A DNA stretch of 64,000 nucleotides from Eledone cirrhosa (lineage: Eukaryota), in the NCBI GenBank assembly GCA_964016885.1, contig OZ024742.1, positions 145,514,001-145,578,000 on the forward strand. The letters run 5' to 3'. Positions 1 to 12,295 of the stretch are shown in pieces. Position numbers and translations under genes: made by a program. The notes under the pieces are model-generated. The model did not search any database and was not told the DNA's origin. It saw nothing but the letters and a program-made list of their open reading frames with translations. Numbering within the stretch: position 1 is the first letter of the stretch; each line of letters begins with the position of its first letter.

Positions 1-431
1 GTTATTTGAGGCGTTACGTCAGACCGATTTCCTTGAAATTGTAACTATATATTAGTCAGTCTCTTCATACCGTGAGCAAAGAAAATCCAACTTTTTTTAT
101 GGCCCAGGGCCCGCATTAGGTGAAAAACTTCATTTTTTCAGCCTTTTAGGGCTTTTAGGAGGCGTTAAGTCTAGCCGCTTTTCCCGAAATTTCAAGGCAT
201 ATTATGCACATAAAAAAATTTATTTTCTTGATCCCCTAGGGCCCGCATTAGGTGAAAACCTGCATTTTTCCTGCTTCACCAAGGAAAATCTTAAAGATTA
301 TCCAGCCATCAGAGTATTCGGTTTATTTTCTTTACATATTGTCCAGGCATACAGTTTTTCCACGATTAGGTCTGTTGGCAGCCCACGTTCCAAAATACCA
401 TATCCCGTGCAACGCCAGGTACCACTGCTAG
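1..431 (+). mobile_element. 3' end of a non-autonomous Helitron-like element with internal ~135-150 bp repeats
   Basis: Ends in a GC-rich subterminal motif cccgtgcaacgccaggt (404-420) followed by CTAG (428-431) and T. Internal repeats: agggcccgcattaggtgaaaa at ~106 and ~238, and ggcgtta..gaaatt at ~10 and ~161. Confidence 0.55.
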
Positions 432-1032
432 TATAATATAACTTTAAACGATATATTGGGATATATCAATTGAGAAACTAACTAGTATTTAATACATATA
501 TACATATACTGAAAATACAATTTTAGATGTTAAAGAAAAACATTACTCACATATTCATTATATCATATTTAAATGGCTGTACTTCCAAATATGACCATCC
601 AATCTCAGACAGATCTGTTTCTGAGAATCAGAGAATATTGAATGTTACCATCGAAATTAGTATCGATGACCAATTATCGATTAAGGTGAACCTCAATCAA
701 GACCATGAAACTTGTCATCAGTATGTTTAAGTCTTCACTAAAATACAAGGTTAGAGACTAGAATTTTAATACAGTGTGAGATATATATATATTTTAGTAG
801 CATCAATGTAAAGTGATAATTTATTAATTATTCTTATCAATTATTTAATCTGCATGCTGGTATAGGTTGGTATGTCTGTCATACAAGATATCACATTTTC
901 TCAATCTTTTGCTATACCAACTGTGAGATCCAAAATATCAAGTTCTAACCTTGTCACATTTTGTAAACATTCTTAATAACAGAGTATAAATAAAGCTGAT
1001 TTTCTCATAAATTATTTTCTTATTTAATATTA

Positions 1033-1225
1033 GCGCGGTGGATTGGCAGTATCGGTAGAGGGTCGGACGCCATGCTTTGCAACAAAGAGTTACGGCCCTT
1101 TATGGTCTGAGTTCAAATCCCGCCGAGGTTAACTTTCCCTTTCATCCTTACAGGGTCGATAAAATAAAGTACCAGTAATGTACTGGGTAATTGCTGGCCT
1201 TGTGCCAAAAGTAGAAACAATTATT
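1033..1225 (+). mobile_element. tRNA-derived SINE (octopus OK-like family), near full length
   Basis: A-box-like tggcagtatcgg, B-box gagttcaaatcc, body ttcatccttac.gggtcgataaaataaagtaccag, tail gtagaaacaatt; many near-identical copies in the window. Confidence 0.85.
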
Positions 1226-1311
1226 TAATATGCCAGCATTGAAAAGTAGACATTAAATGATGATGCTGATGCTGATGATGGTGACAATGGTGATTATGAT
1301 GATGATGATGA

Positions 1312-1545
1312 ATCATCGTTTAACGTCTATCTTCTACGCTAGCATGGGTTAGACGGGAGTTGTCCCACTTGAGGCAAGATTGTCTCGCTCGTATAGGACT
1401 ATCTGGCAGGTTTTCTATGGTTGGATGCTCTTCCTAACACCACATTTACAGGGACTGGGAACTTTTTACCGTGTTACCTACATGGCCACATTACAGCGTG
1501 GACTGTGTTTTTATTGTCGTGACACCTACACAATCTCGATCTCAT
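1312..1545 (-). mobile_element. SINE 3' portion with RTE-like (CAT)n tail
   Basis: atcatcgtttaacgtc..gctagcatgggtt..ggatgctcttcctaa motif, recurring at ~3625, ~27875, ~57860 and (opposite strand) ~62000-62133 and ~63290-63445. Confidence 0.65.
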
Positions 1546-2899
1546 TAGTTTGGACTGGATGTTGTGGTACCAACATAACTTTACAGAGAAAGGGTGGTGT
1601 TGGTGGGAGTGGGAGGATGGAGTAGGGGTAAAGGGTTGGGGTGTATATTTGGTTAAGAGGTGCCTACTGACTGTAGGTTTTGCTTTGTACATAGGCAAGG
1701 CGGGTCTTCTGTATTATTGCGTGGCGCCAACGATCTCGGTCCAGTAACATTGTCTTAAACTTGTGCTGTCACAAGCATTTGCTATAGAATTCAGAGACTT
1801 GATCAATGTATGGTAATAAATGTTACAAATTTCTTATAACTGGTACTTTTAAAGTGTGTTACCTTTTCATTGTCATCACCATGCTGACATGGATTGGACA
1901 GTTCTTATTCAATTTTCTGCAATTAAAGACCTCTTCTTGTTCATACATCCTATTTTTGGCATGGTTTCTATAGCTGGATACCCTTCCTGTTACCACCTAC
2001 TTTGCAGAGTGTACTTGGAGCATTTTATCATGGCACCAGCACCAGAGATTTTGTCTTGATCCTCATCCACAGGATATGTATACTTGGAAAGCTTGGCACT
2101 GGCATCTCTTTATTCAAATCATCTTCTCCATACATATCACATGCCTGTACAAGCAGTCTTCTCTCTTGCACACTACATATAGTTACTCATATCCGGTTTT
2201 TCTCTCAGTTCATCTGTGTTTTGTTGTTAATATATGCAACTACTGGAGCAAGTTCACTTCATTTCTTTCCAACCCTTTAAAATCCTCTATGTTTGGCTAC
2301 CATACAACTTTGCACTTCACACACAAGATTTGTACAATTTGCTCTTCACTTGGAAAATTAACCCAGCAGAGGTAATTGCACTCTTAATCTTTTCCATCTT
2401 GTTCTTACTCTGGCCACTGTACTTTCAGAACACCCACTTCCACCGCTAATTTGGTCACCTGGATAATGGAAGCTATTGCCTACTTTTAGGGAGCCTTTGA
2501 AGGAAGTTTTTCATGTATATTCTTATTATTAATTTCTCTTGTGCAACTGCCATATACAAAGTTTACCTAATCAGTTAACCTGTGATCCTATTATGCCTCA
2601 TGCTTTCATACTTTATAATGGGAACAACATATAGAATTTGCCCATACTCTTTTTCTGCATATCAAGCATAAACACTTCTTTGGCTGTAGAGTCCGGTCTT
2701 CTTTCCTACTAAATAAAACTATAGTCTTTACTAAGTTTGTTTCGAGGTCGCATGATTCTAAGTTTTGTTTTCATATTTGGTATTTATCTAAATCTAAAAT
2801 TTTGGATAGGTTATAATCATACAGAAGTTTCCACTGACAGCTTGTTTCAAACTTCTCTGTTTATGGCATGGAAAACTATAACAATCAGGATGGCTCTGC

Positions 2900-3620
2900 T
2901 ACTGTAGATTTGTATGGAGGATGGAAACTCCACTATTCAGGTGTGGCAGCAGAAATGATTATACAGGTGGGAGTGGGGATACTCACAAGCCCCTGGCTGT
3001 CAGAATGTGTTATGGACTGGATCCCATTAGGAGGGAAGATTTGCCTCTTGAAGCTTAGACTGAAAGATAGGTATTAATGGGTGGTGCAAGTTTATGTACT
3101 AAACAATACAGATCCTTCCTTGATGAAGTCACTTCATTCATTAGATATAGTTAAGACTGAGTCATATATCCTGAAGGGAGACTTCAATACACATGTTGGC
3201 ACTCACCAACTGACATGGAAAGGAGTGATTGGAAGGAACGGTGATCCCGATCTAAATATGAACGGAGAGGCCTTATTAGACTTCTATTCTAGCAGTAGAT
3301 TCTCTATTATGAACACCTTCCAGCACAGAAATATCCATAAATATGTAAGGTGTAAGGGGAATCAGGGACAGAGATCAATAATTAATGTTTTCATTGTCTC
3401 TGATCTCTGATTCTGTGCTGGATGTTCGTGTTAAGAAGAGGCTGAGCTGTCAACTGATTACCATCTAGTTATCTGTAATTTGAGACTATCTAAAGTCAAA
3501 GAAGTCCACAAAATTGGCAGGTCCAGGTCAACCTTCAGGATAAAGTGAGAAGCATTGGTAGATAAGGAAATTCAGAGAACTCCCTGGGCAAACTGAGGAT
3601 ATTAAAACCAAGTGGAGATT
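2900..3620 (+). mobile_element. Degraded RTE-clade LINE, APE endonuclease region
   Basis: Broken ORFs with GWKLHYSG..GVGIL, ILKGDFNTHVG, GVIGRNG and NMNGEALLDF motifs; stops and frameshifts. Confidence 0.8.
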
Positions 3621-3623
3621 GTT

Positions 3624-3810
3624 CATCATCATCATCATTTTACGTCCGCTTTTCCCTGCTTGCAAAGGTGGGACGGGAACTGATTCTGGCTTGATTTCTA
3701 CAGCTGGATGCCCTTCCTAACATGAACCTCATTTACAGTGAGTGCTGGGTGCTTTTTTTCCGTGGCGCCTACACGTCCACTTTACAGTGTGGGCTGGGTG
3801 CTTTTTTGCT
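3624..3810 (-). mobile_element. SINE 3' half with RTE-type tail, inserted in the LINE
   Basis: Reverse complement of 61998-62133 (cccacctttgcaagcagggaaaagcggacgtaaaatgatgatg). Confidence 0.8.
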
Positions 3811-4279
3811 TCTAACCACTAAGCCATGTGCCCTGTTTAGTTCAGCAGTTTTTGCTTCACCTGTTAAATGTTGCAGGTGAAAGAGGTTCGGTGTGGTGTC
3901 AGATGGCAGGAGGACTCCTTGGTTCAATCAAGGGGTCAAAGGTGCTATTTGAACAAAGAAGGAGACCTGCAAAGCTTGGCTTGGAAATAAGTCCTCCTCC
4001 TTGCACTTGTGGTACAAGCAGGATGAAAAGTCACAGCAGAGACAGTAAAGGTGTCAATCCTGTTCAATGATGCCATCCAAGCAAAGAAAGAGGCTTACAA
4101 AGCTTGGCTTGGAAATAAGTCCTCCTTCTTGTACAAGCAGGCACGAAGAATCACAGCAAAAACACAATTGAAAGGTATGGAGAGATGAGAGGAAAGCTTG
4201 TACTTAGCTGTGGGGAAACAATGGTTGATACTTAAGTTTATATAAGTTTTTGAAAAAAACTTCTGAGTAAAACAAATAG

Positions 4280-5190
4280 TCTCTTCTTCTTCGGCCACTT
4301 ATTCCTGAGAGGGTTGTGGGGGCAGAGTCCTCAAGCATGCCTTCCAGCAGGTCCTGTCAGAAGCAATTGCCTTCAAATGATCAGGCTGGCTTACTAAGCA
4401 AGACCAGCTGAAAGAAATCATGGATGTTATCCAACCATCTTACTCATGGTCTACCTCTGAGTCTCCTATCGGTTGATTTTGCTTGTAAAATCTGTCCAGC
4501 AATTGTGACATTCTGACTACAGGTCTGCAGTGACAGCTGTGCTTTCCAAATTCGGAGAAGTAGCGGCTCTAGATTGAGTGATTCCCTGATCTGAGCTATG
4601 CACTCTATCGAGTAACATTACTTGAAAGACCATTTTGAGAAACTCTATTTCAGCCACTTGTATTCTTTTAGTTATTACCCAAGGTAAAGGCTGGCATAAT
4701 ACAGAATTGAAGATAGCGAGGTTGACTTTTACACCTACCTCCCTTCTTCTGATTATCAAATGCTGAAGCTGGTGCATTACTGCATTAGCTCCTACAATTC
4801 TTGCACTTAATTCAGCCTCCTACCTTCTATCATTTGTGAACAGTCCCGAGATACTTGAATTCTTCACCTACTTCAGTGGAACTCTATTCACATGTAGAGT
4901 GCGCTGTACAGGCTTCCTTGAGAGAATGAGTGTTTCAGTCTTCGCAGCACTGATTTTCATTCCTACCATGCAGCACTTGGCACCAAGTACATGTCGGAGA
5001 TCAACTTCTGATGAGTTAAATAGTACCATGTCACCTGCAAATTCCAGCCGACTAATCCTACATGTGTCCGTTGTGATACTACTTCCAGCTTGGCTGTGCA
5101 TGTCAATCCTGTTCATGAAGATTATGAACAGGAGAGGTGACAGTATGCACCCTTGGCTGAGTCTGACACCCACATTAAATCTGAACACAT
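4280..5190 (-). mobile_element. Degraded RTE-clade LINE, RT/3' region
   Basis: VGVRLSQGCILSPLLFIIFM and LEFAGDMVL (decayed FADD); a second copy of the same region lies at ~19200-19570. Confidence 0.8.
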
Positions 5191-5335
5191 ATACCTAGTA
5201 TATCTATTATACAATAATCTAAATGCCAAATACATGAAAAAATAAACAGCCTATCATCAAATAATGTTACCATTGGACAATAATAGTATGTGGAAATACT
5301 GAACCTGCCACAATATCGCTACTGTATTACAGTAT

Positions 5336-5940
5336 ATAAAAGCTCTAGATATAGTCAAGTTTTCAAGCATGAAATTTCCTATATATGAGATTTAAAATAC
5401 AAGAATCCCATATAATCTTATTTACGAAAAAAAAAACTATATATATATATATATATATGTTACTGAATGACATTGAAAGATTGCATGCATTCTATTGAGG
5501 GAATATCTTTTATTAATAATTGTTTCTACTTTTGGCAAAAGGCCAGCAATTATTCCCGTGTATTACTGGCGCTTTATTTTATCGACCCCCGTAAGGATGA
5601 AAGACAAAGTTTACTTCGGCGGGATTTAAACTCAGATCATAAAGGGGTTCAAATCCCGCCAAGGTAAACTCTTTTATTAATGATGGTTTCTGATTTAGGC
5701 ACAAAGCCAGTCGATTTAACAGACTTCCCCCTCACCCAAAATTGTTGGCTTTGTGTCTAAATCAGAAATCATTAGTAATAAAAGATATTCCTTCAATAGA
5801 ATTCATGCATTCTACCAATGTCATTCAGTGACATATATATTTTTTGTGTGTAAATAAGAATATATAGAACTCTTGTATTTTAAATCTCACATATAGAACA
5901 TTTCATACTTGAAAGCTTGACTATATCTAGAGCTTTTTAT
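5336..5940. repeat. ~600 bp imperfect inverted duplication with a SINE inserted in the left arm
   Basis: 5336-5517 is the reverse complement of ~5773-5940, and 5675-5710 pairs with ~5745-5782. Confidence 0.85.
5518..5669 (-). mobile_element. 5'-truncated OK-like SINE with a short inverted piece and a 12-bp TSD
   Basis: Reverse SINE body 5518-5646, forward fragment ggttcaaatcccgccaagg at 5646-5669, TSD tcttttattaat at 5506-5517 and 5670-5681. Confidence 0.75.
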
Positions 5941-7162
5941 TTGTTGTAATTAATAATGGTTTCTGATTTAGACACATGGACAGCAATTTTGGATGAAGGG
6001 AACAGTCAATCTCATTACTTGACTAGTACTTTATTTTATTGATACCAGAAGAATGAGAGGCAAAGTTTGGCATATTCTAAAGCCCTTCATGCTCAGATTT
6101 CAGCAATAAGAAATCATTTAACATTTGCTTTACCTGCAAGGAGCCTGTATCTTGCCTCACCCTATTGAGTGCTTTGATGGGCTAGCAGTCTCCATCTCAC
6201 TTACATAAGTTCCCATGCTCTATTGAGTGTTTTATTATAGAACCAGCACTAGGGAGGTTGTCATAGCTGAAGAGACCTCTCAACCCTTTGTTTGGCAGGT
6301 TTTCAATAGCTGGATGCCCTTCTAATCACTTTACAGTGTACTGGGTGAGTTTATCAATACTAGAGGTTGAGCTTTTGACATAACTGGAGAGTCTTCTCGA
6401 TCCTTTATTGCTTGATTACAACAGCAGAATGCCCTTCCTATCAGGAATTCCCTTAGAGTGTAATGGGTGCATTTTTTATGGTACCAGCACTAGAGGTTGT
6501 TCGTCATTGATTCAACTGAAGAGCCTTCTCGACACTGCAGTGGGGGGTATAAAAGGAGATGTATGACAAGTGTGATGGGATTTGACAGAATGCGTAGGAG
6601 GGGGAGGGTGTGACCTCTGACAGCAGAGGTACTGATAATAGCTACTATGAGGTTATGACTGGTGTCAGGATTTTAGATGGGGGAAGGGAACATTGAAAGA
6701 GTGTGGCTGTTAGGATTTTAGAGGGTTAGAGGTGAACTGCAATGGATAGCAATGGGGTTGGGATTTATCATGATGGTGAGAATAACTACTAATGATAATG
6801 GAGGAAGACGTTAGGTTGCATCTTATGCTGGTGGGCATGTCTTTTCCACTACAATCATAACCCCTCAGTAGCTGTTTGAATTTTCTTTCTTTCTTATTAA
6901 AAGAAACCTTCATAATAATTGAATTAAGATTAACATGATAGCCATAGTTAAAATACATTTAATAAAATAAATGTTTAATCAAATACTATTAATAGAAAAT
7001 TAATGAGAAATATTAATTTAAGATAATCCTCAACATTATCAAAATTTCAAGCCTGCTTGTCCATGTTTATGTGTGTTAGACAGGTATTCTCCAGCACAGC
7101 ATCTCATCACTTACTGAATTCCTTATGTGAGGTTCAGAATCTAAAGATTAGCTTTCACAATT

Positions 7163-8385
7163 TAATAATAATAATAATGAAATTATTGTGTGCAGTGCTC
7201 AGGTGCACTACAACTCATCAAAGGTACATGTATAGTACATAGAATAATGTACAAATGTCAGGAAAATGAACAGTGTATGAATCATGAAATATATGTGTGC
7301 ATATGTATGGAGGGGGGTATCAGGTGTAGTGTTGGCGAATTTCAGGAAGCATGGAGGTTTTAAAGGATGCAGTGACCTGACAGCTAACAACTGATGAAGG
7401 TAGTTTGTTCCATGCTTCAGCAACTATGAGCATGAAAAAATGTTTCTGAAAGTCATGGGAGCTGTGCTGTTTTCTGACTTTGTAGACATGCCCATGTGTG
7501 TTAGACACATGGAATTCAAAAAGGTTGGCAAGATGGTTAATAACTTTGTGGGTGTTTACTAAGTCAGTTGCCAGACATCAGAGCTTCAAAGTATCCATGC
7601 CCATGGAAGCAAGGCGTTCAGAGTATGGAAGATGTCTGACAGAGGGTATTCACTTAGTTGCACGTCTCTGAACAGTTTCCAGGTCAATATTCTGAGCAAG
7701 ATAGGGGTTCCAGACTGGTGATGCAAATTCTAAGTGTGGCCGCACCATAGCTATATACAGCTGGAGAGCGACTGACAAAGGTCTTGCTGAGTGATGCCAA
7801 GTCACCCTCGGCCTTCTTGACAATTTTAGAGATGTGCTTTGTCCAACGCAAATTGCTGCTGACAGTAATGCCCAGGTCACATTCACAAGACTTCTTGATA
7901 TTACTGTCGTAGAGGGAGTATGTGAACGTTGGGTTTTTCCTCCCAAAATGCATGGTGGTACACTTGTTCACAGCCAGCTTGAGTTGCCAGTCTAGGATCC
8001 ATTGCTGCATTACATCCAGGTTTAATTGCAGGAAAGATCTATAGTGTTCAGGATCTCTCCTTTTTATCTCAAGCTACAGCTTGATGTCATTTGCATATTT
8101 CAGCACTATGGCATTTTTTAAGTTGGCATCTGTCATTAATATTTGCAACAAACAAAAGGGGACCAAGAACAGATCCCTGTGGTACACCAGATGACATCTC
8201 ATCGAGTGAAGACTGCTGTCCTAAAACCGTGACGACCTCTTTTTGACTGAGAATGAGACTTCAACCAGTTAAAAAATCATCTTTCATACCCATTGCAGAG
8301 AGTTTTGCCACAAGTCTTTTGTGTGGCACAGAATTAAAAGCTTTAGCAAAGTCAAGGTAAACATCCACCCATGAGCCGCCATCAA
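7163..8385 (-). mobile_element. CR1-clade LINE, 5'-truncated 3' portion
   Basis: VDVYLDFAKAF, GVPQGSVLGPLLF, WQLKLAVNKC, MVRPHLEFASPVWNPY and LETVQRRATK motifs; (TAA)n tail at ~7163. Confidence 0.88.
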
Positions 8386-9059
8386 TGTTTTTTCTCTTCC
8401 AGTTAATACCTAATTCCTCAGAGAGGGTGAGTATCTACTAAGGAGTGATAGCAGAAGCGGTAAGCTCATGGGTCAGGTCAGGTTGTATTTTATGCTGGTG
8501 GGCACATCTCTAGTACAGCATGTTACCTCTTTCACGAGTCTCAATCATAACCCCATATCATTCAATTCTTCTTATAACCAGATTTTCTTTCAGTTCATCT
8601 GTGCTTTGTCATTTATGCATACTAATGTTATATATCTAGCAGGGCATGCTGACTTTGTCACTGGTTGCAAAGTGAACTTCTTAACCATGCAGCCACGTAT
8701 ACTTCAATGTCAAATAAATTAATATCTTTTTTTCCTTTTCTGGAAATATATTAAATTGAATATATAAGATTATTCTGAGAATAATTAAAAAAAATATGTA
8801 ACAGTATTAAGTTATCTCAACAATTTAAATATAGTTGTTAAATAAAGAGTTGGAAGGTTGATATCACTTCCAGTGTAAATATCTGTATGGTAATGTAAGA
8901 TAATTTTATTCATATAATGATATTGACAGAGTTCATCATCTGTACAATTATAATCGAGGAGTTAAGTAACTTCTTTGAGAGAATGATTTACAGAATGTAT
9001 CTGATTTAAAACCATAAGTTGGGCATCCAGCAAGACAATATTATATTTTACTTGTACAT

Positions 9060-10250
9060 ATGTCAGTGTTCGTCCATGGTAAGCTGAGATGGCTTCAAGC
9101 AGTTCATCCACAGAATTGCAAACAGAGCCTACACATGCATGCTGATTGCAGACATCTGATGCAGATATTGCCAGTCAGTTATGATTCCAACAATGTGAGG
9201 ACCAGATATTAGCTCAAGATACTTGATCATGCTAACCCATATCTTCAGTTGTCCCCCTCACCATTAATGCTATCCTGTGAGGGACTTTATACTGCACTGT
9301 GGATTGAGTTCACCTTATGGGTGGTGGAGTGTGTGACCATCCCAATAGAAGTGCCTTTTGAGTAGGATATGTTGGAGGAAATAATCAAACAATGAATTAT
9401 GGAGTTGATACATAATCCCATGCATGAATGAGGGTTCAGTGATAGTAAAAGAGGTAAAAACGTTCAGCTTGCACAAATTTGTCACCCTGATAGACCAGTG
9501 TTGGATAGATGTAAATTTCAGTGCTGAGATGGATTTCTGATGTGAACCAGAGCCAACTTCGAAGATGACAGAATGCAGTACATACAGAGTTAAAGCAGAC
9601 ATTCATTTTGTTCTTAGTTTGGCCTGTGGTGGTGAACATGTTGCTGAGATACTTGAATCCTACCCTTGAGTATGATGTGATGAGGACCTTGCCAGCAGAT
9701 GCTATCTTTGTCTTGGCTGCATTGATTTTCATGACATCATACATACCTAATGAGGCATTCAAAAGCTGATTGAACATCAATGTAGTTATCACCAATTATC
9801 ATGAGATTGTTGGTATAATTAAGGTGACACTGAAGCCTTGTCAAACAGCAACACCTCAGAAATCCTTCAAGGTATGCTCTGCAATCTAGTTGATGGAACA
9901 ATTGAAAAATGTTAGAAATAGAACACAGGCTTTACTGGACACCTGAATGAATTTTGAAAGAGGTAACATTCCTTGTTGTCATAGCAAATTTTTACCTATG
10001 TAGTGCTATAATATGCTCTTGTTAGGTTCAGCAGCTTTACAGTCCACCCAACAAAGATCAAGATGTCCCAGAGTGTACTACAGAGGCTACTGTAAAGTCC
10101 ACAAAATAGATGATGGTTTGCTGCTGGTAAAAATTTGATCCGTGCAGCCTCAGCCCTGACAAAAATGCAGATTTGGTTAGATGTATTGAATGATGAATAT
10201 CTTGGCAGTAATATTTATCAAATTGGTGCCCAGATGGTAATTGCAACAGC
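9060..10250 (-). mobile_element. Highly degraded RTE-like LINE RT fragment
   Basis: INAAKTK and FKYLSNMF-like motifs in the 9436-9795 ORF; GVQ.SLCSISNIFN-like RT remnant near 9900-9950. Confidence 0.5.
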
Positions 10251-10352
10251 ACCTATCACTCCTCTTAGAAAACATTACCTATAAAAAAACAAAAAACAAA
10301 GGCCCCATGATGGAGCAAGGAAACTGGCTTTAAAACACTTGATGTATCTGTT

Positions 10353-11945
10353 TTATGATTTTTCTTTTGTATGAATATATTTGTGTCTATTTAAGTGTGC
10401 TCTTTGAGAGAATGATTTACCACAGATATCACAGCGATATGGCTTCTCTCCTGTGTGACTGTGCTTGTGTCTAGTTAAGTGAAATTTTTGAGAAAATGTT
10501 TTACCACAGATAACACATTGATATGGTTCCTCTCCTGTGTGAATGCGTTTATGAATAGTTAAATTATTTCCATGCGAGAATGATTTGCCACAGATATCAC
10601 AATGATATGGTTTTTCTCCTGTATGTGTACGTTTATGAGTAGTTAAGTCACTACTTTGAGCAAATGATTTACCACAGATATCACAGTGATATGGTTTCTC
10701 TCCTGTATGTGTACGTTTGTGAGTAGTTAAGTTATTTCCATATGAGAATGATTTACCACAGATATTACATTGATATGGCTTCTCTCCTGTATGAATACGT
10801 TTGTGAGCAGTTAAATTACCTTGTTCAGAGAATGATTTGCCACAGATAATGCATTGGTATGGTTTTTCTCCTGTGTGAACACGTATGTGTTTAATTAAGT
10901 GATAATTTTGAGAGAATGATTTACTGCAGATATGACAATGATATGGCTTTTCTCTTAAATGAAAGCAATTGTGATCAATTCGAAAGAATGATGCACTACA
11001 GATATCACAGTAATATGGTTGCTTTCTTGCATGAATGTGTCTGTGAATAGTTAAGTGATTTTTGGGGGAGAATAATTTACCACACATATCACACTGATGT
11101 CTTTTTTCTATTGTATGACTACGTTTGTGTTTAGGCAACTGACCATACTGAGAGAATGATTTACCACAGATATCACAGTGATATGGCTTCTCTCCTGTAT
11201 GAATACGTTTGTGAGTAGTTAAGTTATTTCTATGAGAGAATGATTTACCACAGGTATTACAATGATATGGCCTCTCTCCTGTATGAATACGCCTGTGAGC
11301 AGTTAGGTTACTTTGTTCAGCAAATGTTTTACCACAGATATCACAGTGATATGGTTTTTCTCCTGTATGGATGCGTTTGTGAGTAATGACCGCCTTACTT
11401 CGGGAAAATGATTTACCACAGATATCACACCGATGTTGTTTCTCTCGTGTATGAATACATTTGTGTTGTTTAGTTAAACCATTATTTTGGGAGAATGATT
11501 TACCACAGAAATCACACTGGTTCAGTTTCTTCCCTGTGTGAATGTCTTTGTGAATAATTAAGTTAGGTTGTTCAGAGAATGATTTGCCACAGACATCACA
11601 GTGATATAGTTTTTCCCCTGTATCAATACATTTGTGAGTAGTTAAATCATCATTTTGAGAGAATGATGTACCACAGATATCACAGCAAAATGGTTTTTCT
11701 CCTGTATGAGTTGATTTGTGTCTAGTTAAGATACCACTTTGAGAAAATGATTTAGCACAATAATATGGTTTTTCCCCTATAAAAATACATTTGTGAGCAA
11801 TTAGATTAACTTTCTGACAGAAAAATTTTCTGCAGATACCACAATAGTATGATGTTTTTCCTAAATCATTTGATATCTCATTAGGAGAATTAATTTTTGA
11901 CCCTGTTTTATGTTTAACTGTTTCCTCACATAATTCCTTTTCCAT
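10353..11945 (-). CDS. Tandem C2H2 (Kruppel-type) zinc-finger protein, 530 aa, about 14 intact and 4 degenerate fingers
   Basis: Uninterrupted ORF of repeated CxxC-x12-HxxxH units with TGEKPY linkers; no KRAB, SCAN, BTB or ZAD domain visible. Confidence 0.92.
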   Translation of the reverse strand: MEKELCEETVKHKTGSKINSPNEISNDLGKTSYYCGICRKFFCQKVNLIAHKCIFIGEKPYYCAKSFSQSGILTRHKSTHTGEKPFCCDICGTSFSQNDDLTTHKCIDTGEKLYHCDVCGKSFSEQPNLIIHKDIHTGKKLNQCDFCGKSFSQNNGLTKQHKCIHTREKQHRCDICGKSFSRSKAVITHKRIHTGEKPYHCDICGKTFAEQSNLTAHRRIHTGERPYHCNTCGKSFSHRNNLTTHKRIHTGEKPYHCDICGKSFSQYGQLPKHKRSHTIEKRHQCDMCGKLFSPKNHLTIHRHIHARKQPYYCDICSASFFRIDHNCFHLREKPYHCHICSKSFSQNYHLIKHIRVHTGEKPYQCIICGKSFSEQGNLTAHKRIHTGEKPYQCNICGKSFSYGNNLTTHKRTHTGEKPYHCDICGKSFAQSSDLTTHKRTHTGEKPYHCDICGKSFSHGNNLTIHKRIHTGEEPYQCVICGKTFSQKFHLTRHKHSHTGEKPYRCDICGKSFSQRAHLNRHKYIHTKEKS

Positions 11946-12269
11946 ATTTTTTTCACTTCTCTCACTACTGCATAAAGATATTCTTTTCGATTTTTCAAAA
12001 ATATTTTATTTCTAACAAATATTTTTACTGCTATATTTGCATCAACTGTGATCTTTGTAAATATCTGAATATAGTTCAAGTTTCATTGAAAATTTGTACA
12101 AGATTAAATACATGTAAAATCTTCTTTCACACCATTTATTCAATTGTTGCTATTAATCTTACTCTAGAGGAAATATTTCACAGTAATTCAACCAGATTTA
12201 TATAAATACGGTTATATGTTGTTGTTTCTTTGTTTTGTTTTAAAAACATGATAGATATTGGTGATACAA

Positions 12270-12295
12270 CTGAAAAAAAAGAAAAGAAAAACAAC
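12270..12295 (-). promoter_or_regulatory. Candidate splice acceptor for the ZNF coding exon
   Basis: Minus strand reads ttttcttttcttttttttCAG|ttgt about 325 bp upstream of the ATG; a candidate donor G|GTAAGT lies at 13758/13757. Confidence 0.45.

Noticed and set aside
3971-4180. ~80-bp direct repeat (aaagcttggcttggaaataagtcctcc) as a regulatory element
   Set aside because: It is a local duplication inside decayed RTE coding sequence (AKKEAYKAWLGNK).
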